From IMG/VR virus record IMGVR_UViG_3300044445_000196: DNA of 64,000 bases; one strand, written 5' to 3'. The DNA is from an uncultured virus (IMG/VR IMGVR_UViG_3300044445_000196) (Duplodnaviria > Heunggongvirae > Uroviricota > Caudoviricetes). The translations under genes were made by a program, and so were the position numbers. Numbering within the stretch: the stretch's first letter is position 1; every line of letters starts with the position of its first letter. Under the pieces are notes generated by a model. That model was given only the letters and a program-made list of their open reading frames with translations, searched no databases and had not been told where the DNA came from. Shown piece after piece: positions 39,003-48,726 of the stretch.

Positions 39003-39787
39003 GCGTGCGCGTTCGCGCCCTGATGCCCGCGGATGTCCCCGCGGTCGCCGCCCTGATGGAGGGCGCGTTCGGTGGGTGGGCGGACGGGTGCAAGGCGACA
39101 CTGCTGGCCCACTGGCTCCGGCACGCGGCGGAGCTACGGCTGGTCTACCTCGTTGCCGAGCTGAACGGCGAGATCGTCGGTTACGCCGGGGTCGGTTTCG
39201 CGGACGGCCCGAACGAGCTGTACGCCGAGCTCGACGTGGTGGTGACGGCCCCCGCCCACCGGCGATCCGGCGTAGGCACGGTCCTAGTCCAGAGCGCAAG
39301 CACCGCGGCCGCAGCGCTCGGGTATCACGCTCTATTCCTCTCCTGCCGCGAACAGCTCACGGGGTGGTACACGCGCCTGGGTTGGGTGTTCGGGGAGGCG
39401 TACCAGGAGTGGGTCTTCCCTGACGGGGGCACGCTGATGCGCTTCCTCCCCCACCCGCAGCCGCAATTCGCCTACGCAGGAGTGCGCTATCTGACGAACG
39501 CTCCCGAGGCGTGGACGGCCTTCCTCACAGCGCCGGGGCTCAGCCCCGTCACCATCGCCGAGGCCGCGGCCGCGCGCACGATCTCGGGTCACGCCCTTCG
39601 CCCGACCGACGTCATTGGCGCGGCCGTCGACACGCTCCGCGCGGGCCTAGCTGACAGCCTCCTCGCCCGCTTCGCGGACGCCGGGGTCGTGGTGAACGAG
39701 TCGCACCCGCGTGACGCCGAAGCCGCGGCGCGGCGCCTGAAAGGAAGGCTCGACCGTGTCCGGACGCGAGGACAGCGGGCGGGCTGA
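38999..39787 (+). CDS. GNAT acetyltransferase
   Basis: VVTAPAHRRSGVG...WYTRLGW; GTGA overlap. Confidence 0.75.
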   Translation: MSVRVRALMPADVPAVAALMEGAFGGWADGCKATLLAHWLRHAAELRLVYLVAELNGEIVGYAGVGFADGPNELYAELDVVVTAPAHRRSGVGTVLVQSASTAAAALGYHALFLSCREQLTGWYTRLGWVFGEAYQEWVFPDGGTLMRFLPHPQPQFAYAGVRYLTNAPEAWTAFLTAPGLSPVTIAEAAAARTISGHALRPTDVIGAAVDTLRAGLADSLLARFADAGVVVNESHPRDAEAAARRLKGRLDRVRTRGQRAG

Positions 39788-39837
39788 GCGGTTCGCTCGT
39801 GTCCATTGCGGCGGGGCGGACCGCGCATGGAGAGGAC

Positions 39838-40215
39838 ATGGAAGCGACCGCGACACTCCCCCTCTCTTCTCACCAGTCCATCGGCTCGGACCCCATGCCG
39901 TACCTCGATCTCATGACGGGGGAACGATCAGAGCGCGATTCGTTCCGCCGGGCCACAGCGCACCGCCCGCGGCCGCAGTTCACGCACACGCCCGCCGCTC
40001 CGAGCGCGCTACTGATCGCGTTCCGGGACGAGTGGGAGAGCCCGGAGGTGAACGGGGCATTCGACCTGGGCGAGTACGCCGAACAGCGCCTCAGCTCCAT
40101 CCCGGATGACGGGACGCGTGAGACGCGGATGGTGCGTCGTGTGCTCAGCCTGTGCGCGACGGTGCTGCCTCGGCACTACGCGGAGTTCGAGGCGAAGCGA
40201 GATGCGATGGTGTGA
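39838..40215 (+). CDS. Hypothetical protein
   Basis: Class A motif 39821-39830, 7 nt before ATG. Confidence 0.65.
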   Translation: MEATATLPLSSHQSIGSDPMPYLDLMTGERSERDSFRRATAHRPRPQFTHTPAAPSALLIAFRDEWESPEVNGAFDLGEYAEQRLSSIPDDGTRETRMVRRVLSLCATVLPRHYAEFEAKRDAMV

Positions 40216-40218
40216 GGC

Positions 40219-40602
40219 TCAGCTATCGAAGCCGATGCCGCCCATGATGCACGGGCCGCCCTCTTCAGGGAAGCGGACCCACAGCGAGGAGGGATAGGTC
40301 GCGTCAGGCTTGCCTTCGGCGCTCACCATCACCGACACATCGACGCGGTCTTCCCTGTCGGGGTAGGTCACGACTTCGGGTTCAGTTCCCTCGTTGATGC
40401 GCATGGGGCCCGTCACTCGGTCGCGAAGGCCGTCTTTGAGGTCATCGCAGTAGTTCAGCTCGCCGTTGCCCTGGGTCGCGGCGATGAACTTGTCCAGCTG
40501 CTCGATGGCCTGGTCTTCCTTTGATGCCGGTGTGCAGGCGGTGAGGGAGAGGACGGCTGCGGCGGCGATGCCGACTGCTGCGATGGTGCGGATGTTGCGC
40601 AC
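40219..40602 (-). CDS. Lipoprotein
   Basis: Lipobox LTAC; AAGGAG RBS. Confidence 0.7.
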   Translation of the reverse strand: MRNIRTIAAVGIAAAAVLSLTACTPASKEDQAIEQLDKFIAATQGNGELNYCDDLKDGLRDRVTGPMRINEGTEPEVVTYPDREDRVDVSVMVSAEGKPDATYPSSLWVRFPEEGGPCIMGGIGFDS

Positions 40603-40735
40603 GGGGTGCTCCTTGAGGTCGTGACCTGGAATGTAGCGTCCAGGTCGGCGGTTTTTAGGTGCCCATGCGCGGCGGCGCGCGCGATTCAGTACCGTCACCC
40701 CGAAATGCAGTGACCCCGCGCCCCGGATTGGGTAG

Positions 40736-41050
40736 TCAGGGGGTCGTGGTGACCACGAAGGCCGTGACGCCGTCCGCAACGATCCGTTCGACGACCGTGC
40801 CAGCGCTGGGGCCGCCGGCCGCGTCCACCACGCTGACGTCCTGCCCGGCGGCACGCAGCATGTCGACAGCCACAGAGACGGGACCGCCGGCGAACTCGCG
40901 CAGCTGCACGTCCGTGAAGCCGATGACCACCCGCGGGGTCTCCGCCGGTGCGGGCATCACAGGCGCCATAGCGGCGGGGGCGGGCGCGAGCGAGACAGCG
41001 CCGAGCACGAGAGCGAGGGCCGCGACGAGATGCAGAGGGTAGCGCTTCAC
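40736..41050 (-). CDS. Small secreted protein
   Basis: Signal peptide; AAGGAG RBS. Confidence 0.6.
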   Translation of the reverse strand: MKRYPLHLVAALALVLGAVSLAPAPAAMAPVMPAPAETPRVVIGFTDVQLREFAGGPVSVAVDMLRAAGQDVSVVDAAGGPSAGTVVERIVADGVTAFVVTTTP

Positions 41051-41076
41051 GATGACTCCTTCTTCCGGGAGTGCTC

Positions 41077-41100
41077 GCCTATGCGTGCTGACGCATAGGC
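41077..41100. promoter_or_regulatory. Back-to-back class A motifs
   Basis: GCCTATGCGT-GCTG-ACGCATAGGC between divergent genes; right motif 7 nt before ATG 41106. Confidence 0.7.
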
Positions 41101-41105
41101 GCCCC

Positions 41106-41420
41106 ATGAGCACGAACAGCACCATCGACCTGACCGCCTCCGAGACCAGAGTGTTCGAGATCCGCACCGCCGCCGGCACTGAGCTGCTGCTGGAGGTGAA
41201 CCTCCCCGGCGACGGCGGTCTGCTGACCCGTAAGCCCGGGATGCACCGCCCCGACGGGCACACCGAGGCGGCGCGCTTGCCCGGCGATTTCGAGCCCCTC
41301 CCCCTGACGTCGCTGCCGGAGCTGCGGATTGGTGAGCCTGCGGTCTTCGCCCTGCTCATCGACGGGTCGCCGCAGGCGCGTCAGAGCGCTCCCCTCCTCT
41401 CCGTCAGCGAGGTGGCGTGA
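41106..41420 (+). CDS. Hypothetical protein
   Basis: Follows class A motif. Confidence 0.65.
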   Translation: MSTNSTIDLTASETRVFEIRTAAGTELLLEVNLPGDGGLLTRKPGMHRPDGHTEAARLPGDFEPLPLTSLPELRIGEPAVFALLIDGSPQARQSAPLLSVSEVA

Positions 41421-41905
41421 TGGCATCCATCGAGTTCACCGACGATGTGACCCTCAACCCCGCACAGCGGGACATCCGCGTGGGGGATGTCGTCAACCTC
41501 GCACACGACTCCGGCGCGAAAATCGAGCGGGCCCTCGTCAGCAACACGCTCCGGGTCCCCCTCCTCGGCGACATCCGCGTGGAGGATCTCGAAAAGCACG
41601 GGTGGCGCCTGGAGCGACTCGACCGGGAAGCAGACTTCACCCCCGGGGTGTACGCCGACCCGTCCGCGACGGGACCGCTCCGCTACGAGGACCTCTACGT
41701 CGCTACCGTGAACACCATGGAGCGACTGTCCGACCGGAAGGACGTCACCTACCAGGCCACGATGAGCCTCGATTGGGCCGAAGCGCGTCCGCTGCGCCCT
41801 GAACGCGAGGTCGCGGCCGACGTCATCCAGCGCCTGCGAAGCGGCCTCGCGACCGACGACCCGACGGTGCACGCCGCGTTCGAGACCGTGCTGGCGGAGT
41901 TCTGA
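41417..41905 (+). CDS. Hypothetical protein
   Basis: Translationally coupled. Confidence 0.65.
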   Translation: MMASIEFTDDVTLNPAQRDIRVGDVVNLAHDSGAKIERALVSNTLRVPLLGDIRVEDLEKHGWRLERLDREADFTPGVYADPSATGPLRYEDLYVATVNTMERLSDRKDVTYQATMSLDWAEARPLRPEREVAADVIQRLRSGLATDDPTVHAAFETVLAEF

Positions 41906-42594
41906 TGGCCAGCGCGGGGCTGCTCGCACCGGACGAGGATCTGGTCCGTGCGTTCCTCGGCGGCCGCGCGCTCATCGTGGAGGCGTTCGAGGTCGCGGCG
42001 CGCGCGCACGCGGAGCAGTCCCGCGCGGAACCGAACGGGCGGGTGCCGTACCTGCTGCACCCGTTCCGGGTCTTCACCCGGCTGGTGTCGTGGGGCGTGG
42101 AAGACGAAGTCTCTTTGGCGGCCGCGCTCCTGCACGACACCGTCGAGGACAATCCGCGTGGTGTCATCCAGGCGGCGACTCCGCCGTTTCGGAACTGGGT
42201 GCCGCGGGGCGACCGACCGCGGCGGCGGGAGCCCCTGATGCTCAGCACGCGCGAGCGCGCCTTCGAATCCCTCCACGCCCGCTTCGGCGCCGACGTCGAA
42301 CGGGTCGTGCGGGGACTGACGAACCCCGAGCGCGGGGAGTACCTCCCCCATGTCGCCGAGGCGACCCTCGACGCGCAAGTGCTCGTCGTCAAGACCGGCG
42401 ATGTCTACGACAACGCCCTTTCCCTCACCCCGACGCACCCACGGTTCGCGAAGCTCAGCGCGAGGTACGCCCCGCTGTACCCCCTCCTCTCTGAACGATG
42501 GCGGCAGGACCTCGCGGCGCAGAGCCTCACCCCGGCGTGGGAGAGCATCGTCGAGCGCCTGAGCGCGGGACCCGCGCACGCGCCTCGTACATGA
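41905..42594 (+). CDS. HD-domain small alarmone hydrolase (Mesh1/SpoT-like)
   Basis: AHAEQSR...PYLLHP...AALLHDTVED...KTGDVYDN. Confidence 0.85.
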   Translation: MASAGLLAPDEDLVRAFLGGRALIVEAFEVAARAHAEQSRAEPNGRVPYLLHPFRVFTRLVSWGVEDEVSLAAALLHDTVEDNPRGVIQAATPPFRNWVPRGDRPRRREPLMLSTRERAFESLHARFGADVERVVRGLTNPERGEYLPHVAEATLDAQVLVVKTGDVYDNALSLTPTHPRFAKLSARYAPLYPLLSERWRQDLAAQSLTPAWESIVERLSAGPAHAPRT

Positions 42595-42621
42595 CAGGCA
42601 CGATGGCTCCTACCTTCGTGT

Positions 42622-42652
42622 GAAGGCCGCCCGCTGCTTCCGGGCGGCCTTC
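42622..42652 (+). terminator. Hairpin terminator
   Basis: GAAGGCCGCCCG / CGGGCGGCCTTC. Confidence 0.7.
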
Positions 42653-42705
42653 GTCATTCCCACCGCGCATGGCATGGTCACGACACCCTGACGAAGGAGA
42701 CCATC

Positions 42706-43125
42706 ATGGCCGACGGCGCGTTCGCATTCCTTCCGCCCATCCCCGGCCACGAGGACTGGATCCCCCTCTTCGCGGGTGCGGGCACCTTCGTCGCCATCAC
42801 CGAGGCCTGGTTGGCCGAGCCGGAAGTGCTCCCGGAGATCGCGCGGATGTACGCCGGCGTCGTCCGCGGCCGCGAGCTCCGCAACGACGGCGTCGTCACC
42901 GTCCCGTGCGCCGATGACAGCAACCGCTTCGCCGGGTGCCAGAACGACCTGGAGCTAGTGCTGCTGTTTGGCATCATCACCGAGGAGCCTCCCGGGGACG
43001 GGGAATGGACGCGACACCAGGTCACCGCGTGGCTCGACCGTGTTCGCTTCGAGTGCTACCGCCGCCGGGATGAGCTGCTCGCCGCTGGCGCCGCCCGCGG
43101 GCTCATCACCGCGCGCTCCTTCTGA
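42706..43125 (+). CDS. Hypothetical protein
   Basis: AAGGAG RBS; class A motif 42663-42672. Confidence 0.65.
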   Translation: MADGAFAFLPPIPGHEDWIPLFAGAGTFVAITEAWLAEPEVLPEIARMYAGVVRGRELRNDGVVTVPCADDSNRFAGCQNDLELVLLFGIITEEPPGDGEWTRHQVTAWLDRVRFECYRRRDELLAAGAARGLITARSF

Positions 43126-43183
43126 GCGCCTTAGGCTGCGAGGGGTGGCACTGTCCACCCCTCGCACCGCGCATAGATATCTC

Positions 43184-45193
43184 ATGACCACGCAGCTCAC
43201 CACCGCCGCCGAGTACGACGCCGCCATCGCCCAGCTGACGACCGCGGCTGAGGCGTACTACGCCCCCGCCGACGACACCACCGTGCCCCCGCTCACTGAC
43301 CGGGAATACGACGACCTTCTCGACGCCGTTCGTGCCTACGAAGCGGAGCACCCCGGAGCGAACGGCGCCGCCGAGCTCGTCGGCGCAGTCGCCGCCGGTG
43401 TCACCACCGGTGATGTGCCGCACCCCACCCCGATGCTGTCGCTCGAGAAGGTCAAGACCGAGGACGACATCCGCAAGTTCCTCGACCGCCTCACCGCAGT
43501 GGACAGCAACGCCCAGGTCAGCGTTCAGCCGAAGCTCGACGGTCTCGCCATCCGCGCGGTCTATCGCGACGGCGCGCTCGTCCAGGTCGTCACCCGCGGT
43601 GACGGCCGCGCTGGAGAGGACGTCACCGACCGCCTCCTGCGCGACCAGGTCCGCGTGCTCGGGCTCCCCCGTCGTCTCAGCTCCGACATCTCGTTCGAGG
43701 TTCGGGGTGAGCTGGTGATGAGTCGGGAGAACTTCGCCTACTCGAACGCCAACCGCGTCGCCGCGGGCAAGACCGCGTTCGCGAACCCCCGGAACGCCGC
43801 CGCCGGCTCCGTCCGCGCTGAGACGCTCGACTACGACGTCGAGTTCACCTTCGTCACGTACGAGCACAACGGCACCGCCCCGGAGAACGTCGGACTGGTG
43901 TTCGCCGACACGCTGCCGGGGGCGTTCGACGACCTCGCCCGGCACACCAGCCGCGTCCTGACCGCCCTCGAGGACTTCGGCACGCTCCGCGCGGACTACG
44001 ACTACCCCACCGACGGCGCCGTCATCAAGGCGACCGGCGTGCGTGTGCGTTTCACCCTCGGCGAGGGCTCGCGCGCCCCGAAGTGGGCCGCGGCCTACAA
44101 GTACGACGCCCTCACCGGTGAGACGGTCATCCGCGACATCGTCGTGGAGGTCGGCCGCACCGGGAACCTCTCCTTCACCGCGGTGTTCGACCCGACTCCC
44201 GTTGACGGGAGTGTCATCAGCCGTGCGTCCCTGCACAACGTGGAGCAGATCGCCCGCCTGGACGTGCGCATCGGTTCGAAGGCCACCGTCTACAAGGCGA
44301 ACGACATCATCCCCCAGGTCCTCTCCGTCGAGAACGACCCCGACACCACCGAGCCGTGGACCGCACCCACGGAGGACGAGGACGGCTACCCCTACGACCA
44401 GGGCCAGGTCATCTGGCGCTCGACCAACCCCAGCGCGTCCCTGTCCGGCCTCATCGCGTACGCCGCCTCCCGCGACGTGCTCGACATCGACGGTCTCGGC
44501 CGCGAGGTTGCCGACGCCCTCGTCACCGAGAACGTGGTGTTCGACATCAGCGACCTGTTCACCCTGAGCTTCGACGAGCTGACCGAACTCGAGATGGGCA
44601 CGACGCAGACCGGAGGCGTCCGTCGCCTCGGCGCGGCCACCGCGAAGAAGATCCACGCCAACATCCAGGACGCCGCCGCCCAGCCGCTGAACCGCGTCAT
44701 CACCGCGCTCGGAATCCGACTCACCGGCCGCACCTTCGGCCGTCGCCTCGCCGCCCACTTCCGCTCCCTCGATGCTCTGCTGGCGGCGTCGGTCGAGGAC
44801 CTCATGGAGGTCGATGGCATCGGGGACGGGCGCGCGCAGGTCATTCGCGCAGGCCTCGACAAGAACGCGCAGGTCATCCGCAAGCTCATCGACTTCGGTG
44901 TCACCAGCAAGGTCGAAGACGACGGCGACGCCGCCAAGCCCCTCGTCGCCGCTGACGGCAAGCCTCTGTCCGTCGTCGTGACGGGCGCCATGACCGGGGT
45001 GCTGGCGTCCTACGGGCGCACGCAGATGAACGAGCTCATCGAACGCTTCGGCGGTAAGGCTTCCGGGTCCGTGTCGAAGAACACCGGCCTGCTGGTGTGC
45101 GGTGAGGTCGGGTCCTCGAAGTGGCAGAAGGCGACCGACCTCGGCATACGCATCGTCACGCCCGAGGAGTTCGCCGCCGAACTGAGTCTGTGA
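43184..45193 (+). CDS. ligA: NAD-dependent DNA ligase
   Basis: HPTPMLSL, KLDG, RGDG, NPRNAAAG, HhH, BRCT; class A motif 43167-43176. Confidence 0.96.
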   Translation: MTTQLTTAAEYDAAIAQLTTAAEAYYAPADDTTVPPLTDREYDDLLDAVRAYEAEHPGANGAAELVGAVAAGVTTGDVPHPTPMLSLEKVKTEDDIRKFLDRLTAVDSNAQVSVQPKLDGLAIRAVYRDGALVQVVTRGDGRAGEDVTDRLLRDQVRVLGLPRRLSSDISFEVRGELVMSRENFAYSNANRVAAGKTAFANPRNAAAGSVRAETLDYDVEFTFVTYEHNGTAPENVGLVFADTLPGAFDDLARHTSRVLTALEDFGTLRADYDYPTDGAVIKATGVRVRFTLGEGSRAPKWAAAYKYDALTGETVIRDIVVEVGRTGNLSFTAVFDPTPVDGSVISRASLHNVEQIARLDVRIGSKATVYKANDIIPQVLSVENDPDTTEPWTAPTEDEDGYPYDQGQVIWRSTNPSASLSGLIAYAASRDVLDIDGLGREVADALVTENVVFDISDLFTLSFDELTELEMGTTQTGGVRRLGAATAKKIHANIQDAAAQPLNRVITALGIRLTGRTFGRRLAAHFRSLDALLAASVEDLMEVDGIGDGRAQVIRAGLDKNAQVIRKLIDFGVTSKVEDDGDAAKPLVAADGKPLSVVVTGAMTGVLASYGRTQMNELIERFGGKASGSVSKNTGLLVCGEVGSSKWQKATDLGIRIVTPEEFAAELSL

Positions 45194-45194
45194 G

Positions 45195-45395
45195 CACCGC
45201 GGCGGGCTTCACGCGCTCGTGAGCCGAAGCCAGGACCGGCCGGCAATGAGAACCGGTGCCCGCCCCTTCGGGGTCGGTCCCGCCGGTCAGTACGGGAACC
45301 GCCCGGCCCCTGCGGCCGCGAACGGTGCTGACTTAGCACGAGACGCCCACCACCCGTAGGGTGAGGCGTGGTCCGCGGGACGGGGCCGGGATGGG
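45195..45395 (+). ncRNA. Candidate structured RNA or ssDNA element
   Basis: Nested stems and hairpins including cUUCGg in 200-nt intergenic region. Confidence 0.35.
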
Positions 45396-45408
45396 GCGGG
45401 CAGCGACG

Positions 45409-45822
45409 ATGTGGCACATTCACTCCCCCATCGAGCCGGGTCGACCTAACGACACGTGGTGGCTGGGCGCGCAGTGCGGGTGCATCTGGCGCGGTCCAGG
45501 AGATGACGTGGAGTGGTGGGCGCCGGCCGTCTGCGTTCGCAAGGGAGCGGACTGTTCGTTCAGGGCAGGGCACCCCTCCTCACGGGCGGTGACGGAGGGG
45601 ATGTTCACTCCGTGCCCCTCCTGCCCGAGGGACATCGGTCAGCGATACTGGCGCATCCCGCACCCCGCTGACGTGCACCGTCCGGCTCCGGCGTCCCCGC
45701 CCCGTCGACACTCATCTGTTGGCGACGTCGCGAAGACCGTCCTAGGTATCGCGGGAGCCATGGTGGTGTCGTTCCTGGTCTTCACCGCCTGCGGCAGCGG
45801 AACCCCGGGATGGGTCCCGTGA
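45409..45822 (+). CDS. Cys-rich protein with C-terminal TM
   Basis: CGC...C...C...CPSC plus hydrophobic tail. Confidence 0.5.
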   Translation: MWHIHSPIEPGRPNDTWWLGAQCGCIWRGPGDDVEWWAPAVCVRKGADCSFRAGHPSSRAVTEGMFTPCPSCPRDIGQRYWRIPHPADVHRPAPASPPRRHSSVGDVAKTVLGIAGAMVVSFLVFTACGSGTPGWVP

Positions 45823-45826
45823 CCGC

Positions 45827-46261
45827 TCAGTCCCGGTAGAGCTCGCCGCCGAGCGCGACGGCGACAGCGGGCGCGTCGCTGGCGTTGAGGATCCAGTTCT
45901 CCCCGACGAGCAGGGGGGTCGGGCAATCGCCCGTGCGGATGTTCTCGGCGATCTCGTCGCGCGCGGAGGTGCTGGCGTACACCGACAGCACCGCCCAATC
46001 GGTCGCCGTGTCGCAGGTCGAAGCGTTTGCCGTCCGGCACGTCCCGGACGCTGCGGCGCGGGTGATGACGTCGGTCTGCGTCCAGTTGCACACCCCACCG
46101 GCGGCGGTGTACGCCTCGACGAGGTCGTCGATGGCGGACACGGATCCCACCTGCTGCGCGGTTGTGGGTGCGCCCTCATCCGGCGCTCCCGTCTCTGCCG
46201 ACCAGCCGGCGAGGGCGAGTACGGCGAGCAGCGGGAGGGCACTGTGACGGAGCTTCAGCAT
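45827..46261 (-). CDS. Secreted or degenerate lipoprotein
   Basis: Signal peptide LAGW (lipobox Cys absent); TACGGT 6 nt before ATG. Confidence 0.65.
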   Translation of the reverse strand: MLKLRHSALPLLAVLALAGWSAETGAPDEGAPTTAQQVGSVSAIDDLVEAYTAAGGVCNWTQTDVITRAAASGTCRTANASTCDTATDWAVLSVYASTSARDEIAENIRTGDCPTPLLVGENWILNASDAPAVAVALGGELYRD

Positions 46262-46331
46262 CCCTCCACCGTATCGAGCACCCCGGACATGCTGAGGGCC
46301 GGGTAGTCCTACCCGGCCCTCGTGCGTGCGG

Positions 46332-47252
46332 TCAGTCGATGACGGGGGTGAGCTCGGCAACGGCGCGGGCGTACTCCGCAGCCGCCTCCGCGTCCCACTT
46401 CTCCCGCGCCGAGGCCGCGGCCGCGGCCACCTCCGCATCAGCGGCCGCGGTGCGGAGGCGAGCGCCTTCCGCCGCGGAGACGGCGAGGGTGTCTCGCGTC
46501 ACGGCGAAGCGTCCGCCGCCCAGGTCAGTGAGGCCGGCGGCGGTGGGGTCGCTGATGTTGGAGGAGGCGAAGCTGATGTCCTCGTAGGGTGCGATGAGCC
46601 ACCCGTCCCCGTCGCTGACCTCGACATTCTCACCGTTGCGGGTGGCGCCGTCGATTGTGAGGTGTGGGCCCTGGTCGCTCCACTCGAACACGAGCGTGTC
46701 TGCCTCGTCCGGCATGCTCGCGCGGATGCTGAGCGCAGCCACCTGCTGGGAGCGTTCACGCTGCACCCGCCATGCCTCGGCCGTTTCGTCGTGGTCCCGG
46801 ACGGCGTCGGGGAAGGAGCCGTCGCGGGCGGTGTCGGGCTTGCGTTCCCACACCAGTGCACCGTCGCGGCGTTCGGTGAGGAAATCGGGTTTGTCGTCGT
46901 CTCCGTCGTATCCGGTGAGGATGTCCCCGACGTCGTCGAAGTCTTCGTCGTGGGTGACGTCGTTGCCTTCCGTGTCCTGCGCCTCGGTTACGGACCAGAA
47001 GCCGTCACCTTCGTCCTCGAGGACGATCCTGTGCACCCCTTCGGGGGCGGCGGCGGCGAAGGCACTCTCGGCTCTGTCCATCATGAGGTCGTGGAGGGTA
47101 TGCACGCGCGCGTTGACCGCATCCAGGTGTGGGTAGGTCGGGCCGCTCGTCAGCTGTGCTTCGGGTGCGGTGTGCTCCTGCGCCCCGAACTGGCCGGTGG
47201 CGTGGCGGGCGTTCTCACGGGCGTGTGCGGCCGCGGCGTTGATGTTGGTCAT
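46332..47252 (-). CDS. Tagged acidic protein
   Basis: ENARHATGQFGAQEHTAPE; class B motif 47260-47269. Confidence 0.85.
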   Translation of the reverse strand: MTNINAAAAHARENARHATGQFGAQEHTAPEAQLTSGPTYPHLDAVNARVHTLHDLMMDRAESAFAAAAPEGVHRIVLEDEGDGFWSVTEAQDTEGNDVTHDEDFDDVGDILTGYDGDDDKPDFLTERRDGALVWERKPDTARDGSFPDAVRDHDETAEAWRVQRERSQQVAALSIRASMPDEADTLVFEWSDQGPHLTIDGATRNGENVEVSDGDGWLIAPYEDISFASSNISDPTAAGLTDLGGGRFAVTRDTLAVSAAEGARLRTAAADAEVAAAAASAREKWDAEAAAEYARAVAELTPVID

Positions 47253-47277
47253 GCGGAGAATGTGCGCGGCGGGGCAC

Positions 47278-48036
47278 TCAGGCGCACGTGAGGCGCCAGT
47301 GCCCGGTCAGTTCGTTGCGCTGCAGTCCCGCTCGGGCGGGGTCGGGCAGGAGCGCCGCGAGGTTGTCGATGGCGCTGACGTTCTCGCCAGCCCCGAGGGA
47401 GGCGTCGGCCCGGCCGTCACGACGGATCACCCCGGCGACGTACAGCCGCCCGTCGGTGAGATCGGGGGCGAAGTCGAGGGCTTCGACGTCGTGCGTGAAG
47501 GATTCGCGGATGCCGTGAACAGCGGCGTTCTGCTGCGCGTCGAGGGACTCCTGCCAATCGGCGCGCGCGGTGTACGCGGCAACTTCCGCCGCGTTCTTGC
47601 GGGCGAGGTCCCAGCGGTTGATGCGGTCCCAGCCGTACTCGTCCTCCTGGTCCAGCACGAGGTCACCGTCGAAATCTTTGTAGGGCTCCCCGAGCTCGCT
47701 GAGCTCGGCGTCGATGGCGGCGAAGTCCTCGCGGGGCATTTCCTCCCCGTCCTCGTCGTATCCTGCGCGAACGCGGAGGTGGGCGGCGGGGCTGTCGATC
47801 TCGTAGTTGACGAACAGTGCGCCGCGGGGCATCGCTGCGTCGATGTGGTCGAGGAGGGCCTCGGTGTACCTTTCGCGGGCGCGGTCGACTCGCGCGTTCA
47901 GGTCAGCGAGGTGCTGCGGGATGGCTGGTGGCGCCAGGCCCAGCTCGGGAGAGCTGTGCGCGAAGACGCCGAACTCTCCGTTGCGTCGACGAGAGGCTTC
48001 GCGTCGGGCGGCCAGCTCATCGGTTACATCTCCCAT
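47278..48036 (-). CDS. Tagged acidic protein
   Basis: EASRRRNGEFGVFAHSSPE; class B motif 48044-48053. Confidence 0.85.
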   Translation of the reverse strand: MGDVTDELAARREASRRRNGEFGVFAHSSPELGLAPPAIPQHLADLNARVDRARERYTEALLDHIDAAMPRGALFVNYEIDSPAAHLRVRAGYDEDGEEMPREDFAAIDAELSELGEPYKDFDGDLVLDQEDEYGWDRINRWDLARKNAAEVAAYTARADWQESLDAQQNAAVHGIRESFTHDVEALDFAPDLTDGRLYVAGVIRRDGRADASLGAGENVSAIDNLAALLPDPARAGLQRNELTGHWRLTCA

Positions 48037-48057
48037 GCGTACGATGTACGCGGCCTA

Positions 48058-48420
48058 TCACGTGAACGGTTGAAAGCCCAAGCCAACGGGTACTGCATTT
48101 CGGGGGATCACTGCAGCCAACAGCCGGCGGGTCACATTGTCGACGTCATCGGGGTCGGCGTCGAGCTCGCGCATGGCCTTCACTGCGGGCCAGTTCGCCT
48201 CGAGCGGGGGAAGCAGCACGCGGTGCTCTCCCAGCCAGGTCTCGCCGTGGGTGCGGATGGTGCCGTTGTCGTAGGCGAAGACGGAAACGGCCACGGTGAA
48301 CGCCTCCCCTCCGTACTCCCCGAGCGGTCCGGTGAAGCTGTACATGTCGGCGTTGACCATGCCGGTGCGGGTGAGGGCGCCAGTGGTGACGAACCGGTCG
48401 AGGTCGTCGACGAGGGTCAC
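48058..48420 (-). CDS. Hypothetical protein
   Basis: GTGA-coupled ORF. Confidence 0.6.
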   Translation of the reverse strand: MTLVDDLDRFVTTGALTRTGMVNADMYSFTGPLGEYGGEAFTVAVSVFAYDNGTIRTHGETWLGEHRVLLPPLEANWPAVKAMRELDADPDDVDNVTRRLLAAVIPRNAVPVGLGFQPFT

Positions 48421-48701
48421 GGCGCCATCTCGCTGAGCAGGTCGTTGAGCTGGTCGGGGCTGGCGTAGAAGGAGCGCCCGCCGTACTTGCGGAGCTGCGC
48501 GAACAGCACCGGCGGGAGCGGCACAGGGATGGGGGTGGGGGTGTCTTCGCTGAACTCCACGACGGCACGGTCACGTGCCCCCAGGACGCGCACGGTCGCG
48601 GAGGCGGCGTGTGAGGTGCTGGTGATCTGGAAGGTGTCGTCGTTGATGCGTTCGAGCGCACCGTAGGCGGTGTGGTGCTCGATGACGGCGCGGATGCTCA
48701 T
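48417..48701 (-). CDS. Hypothetical protein
   Basis: Class A motif 48709-48718, 7 nt before ATG. Confidence 0.65.
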   Translation of the reverse strand: MSIRAVIEHHTAYGALERINDDTFQITSTSHAASATVRVLGARDRAVVEFSEDTPTPIPVPLPPVLFAQLRKYGGRSFYASPDQLNDLLSEMAP

Positions 48702-48726
48702 GTCACGCCTATGCGCTCGTGCGTGC

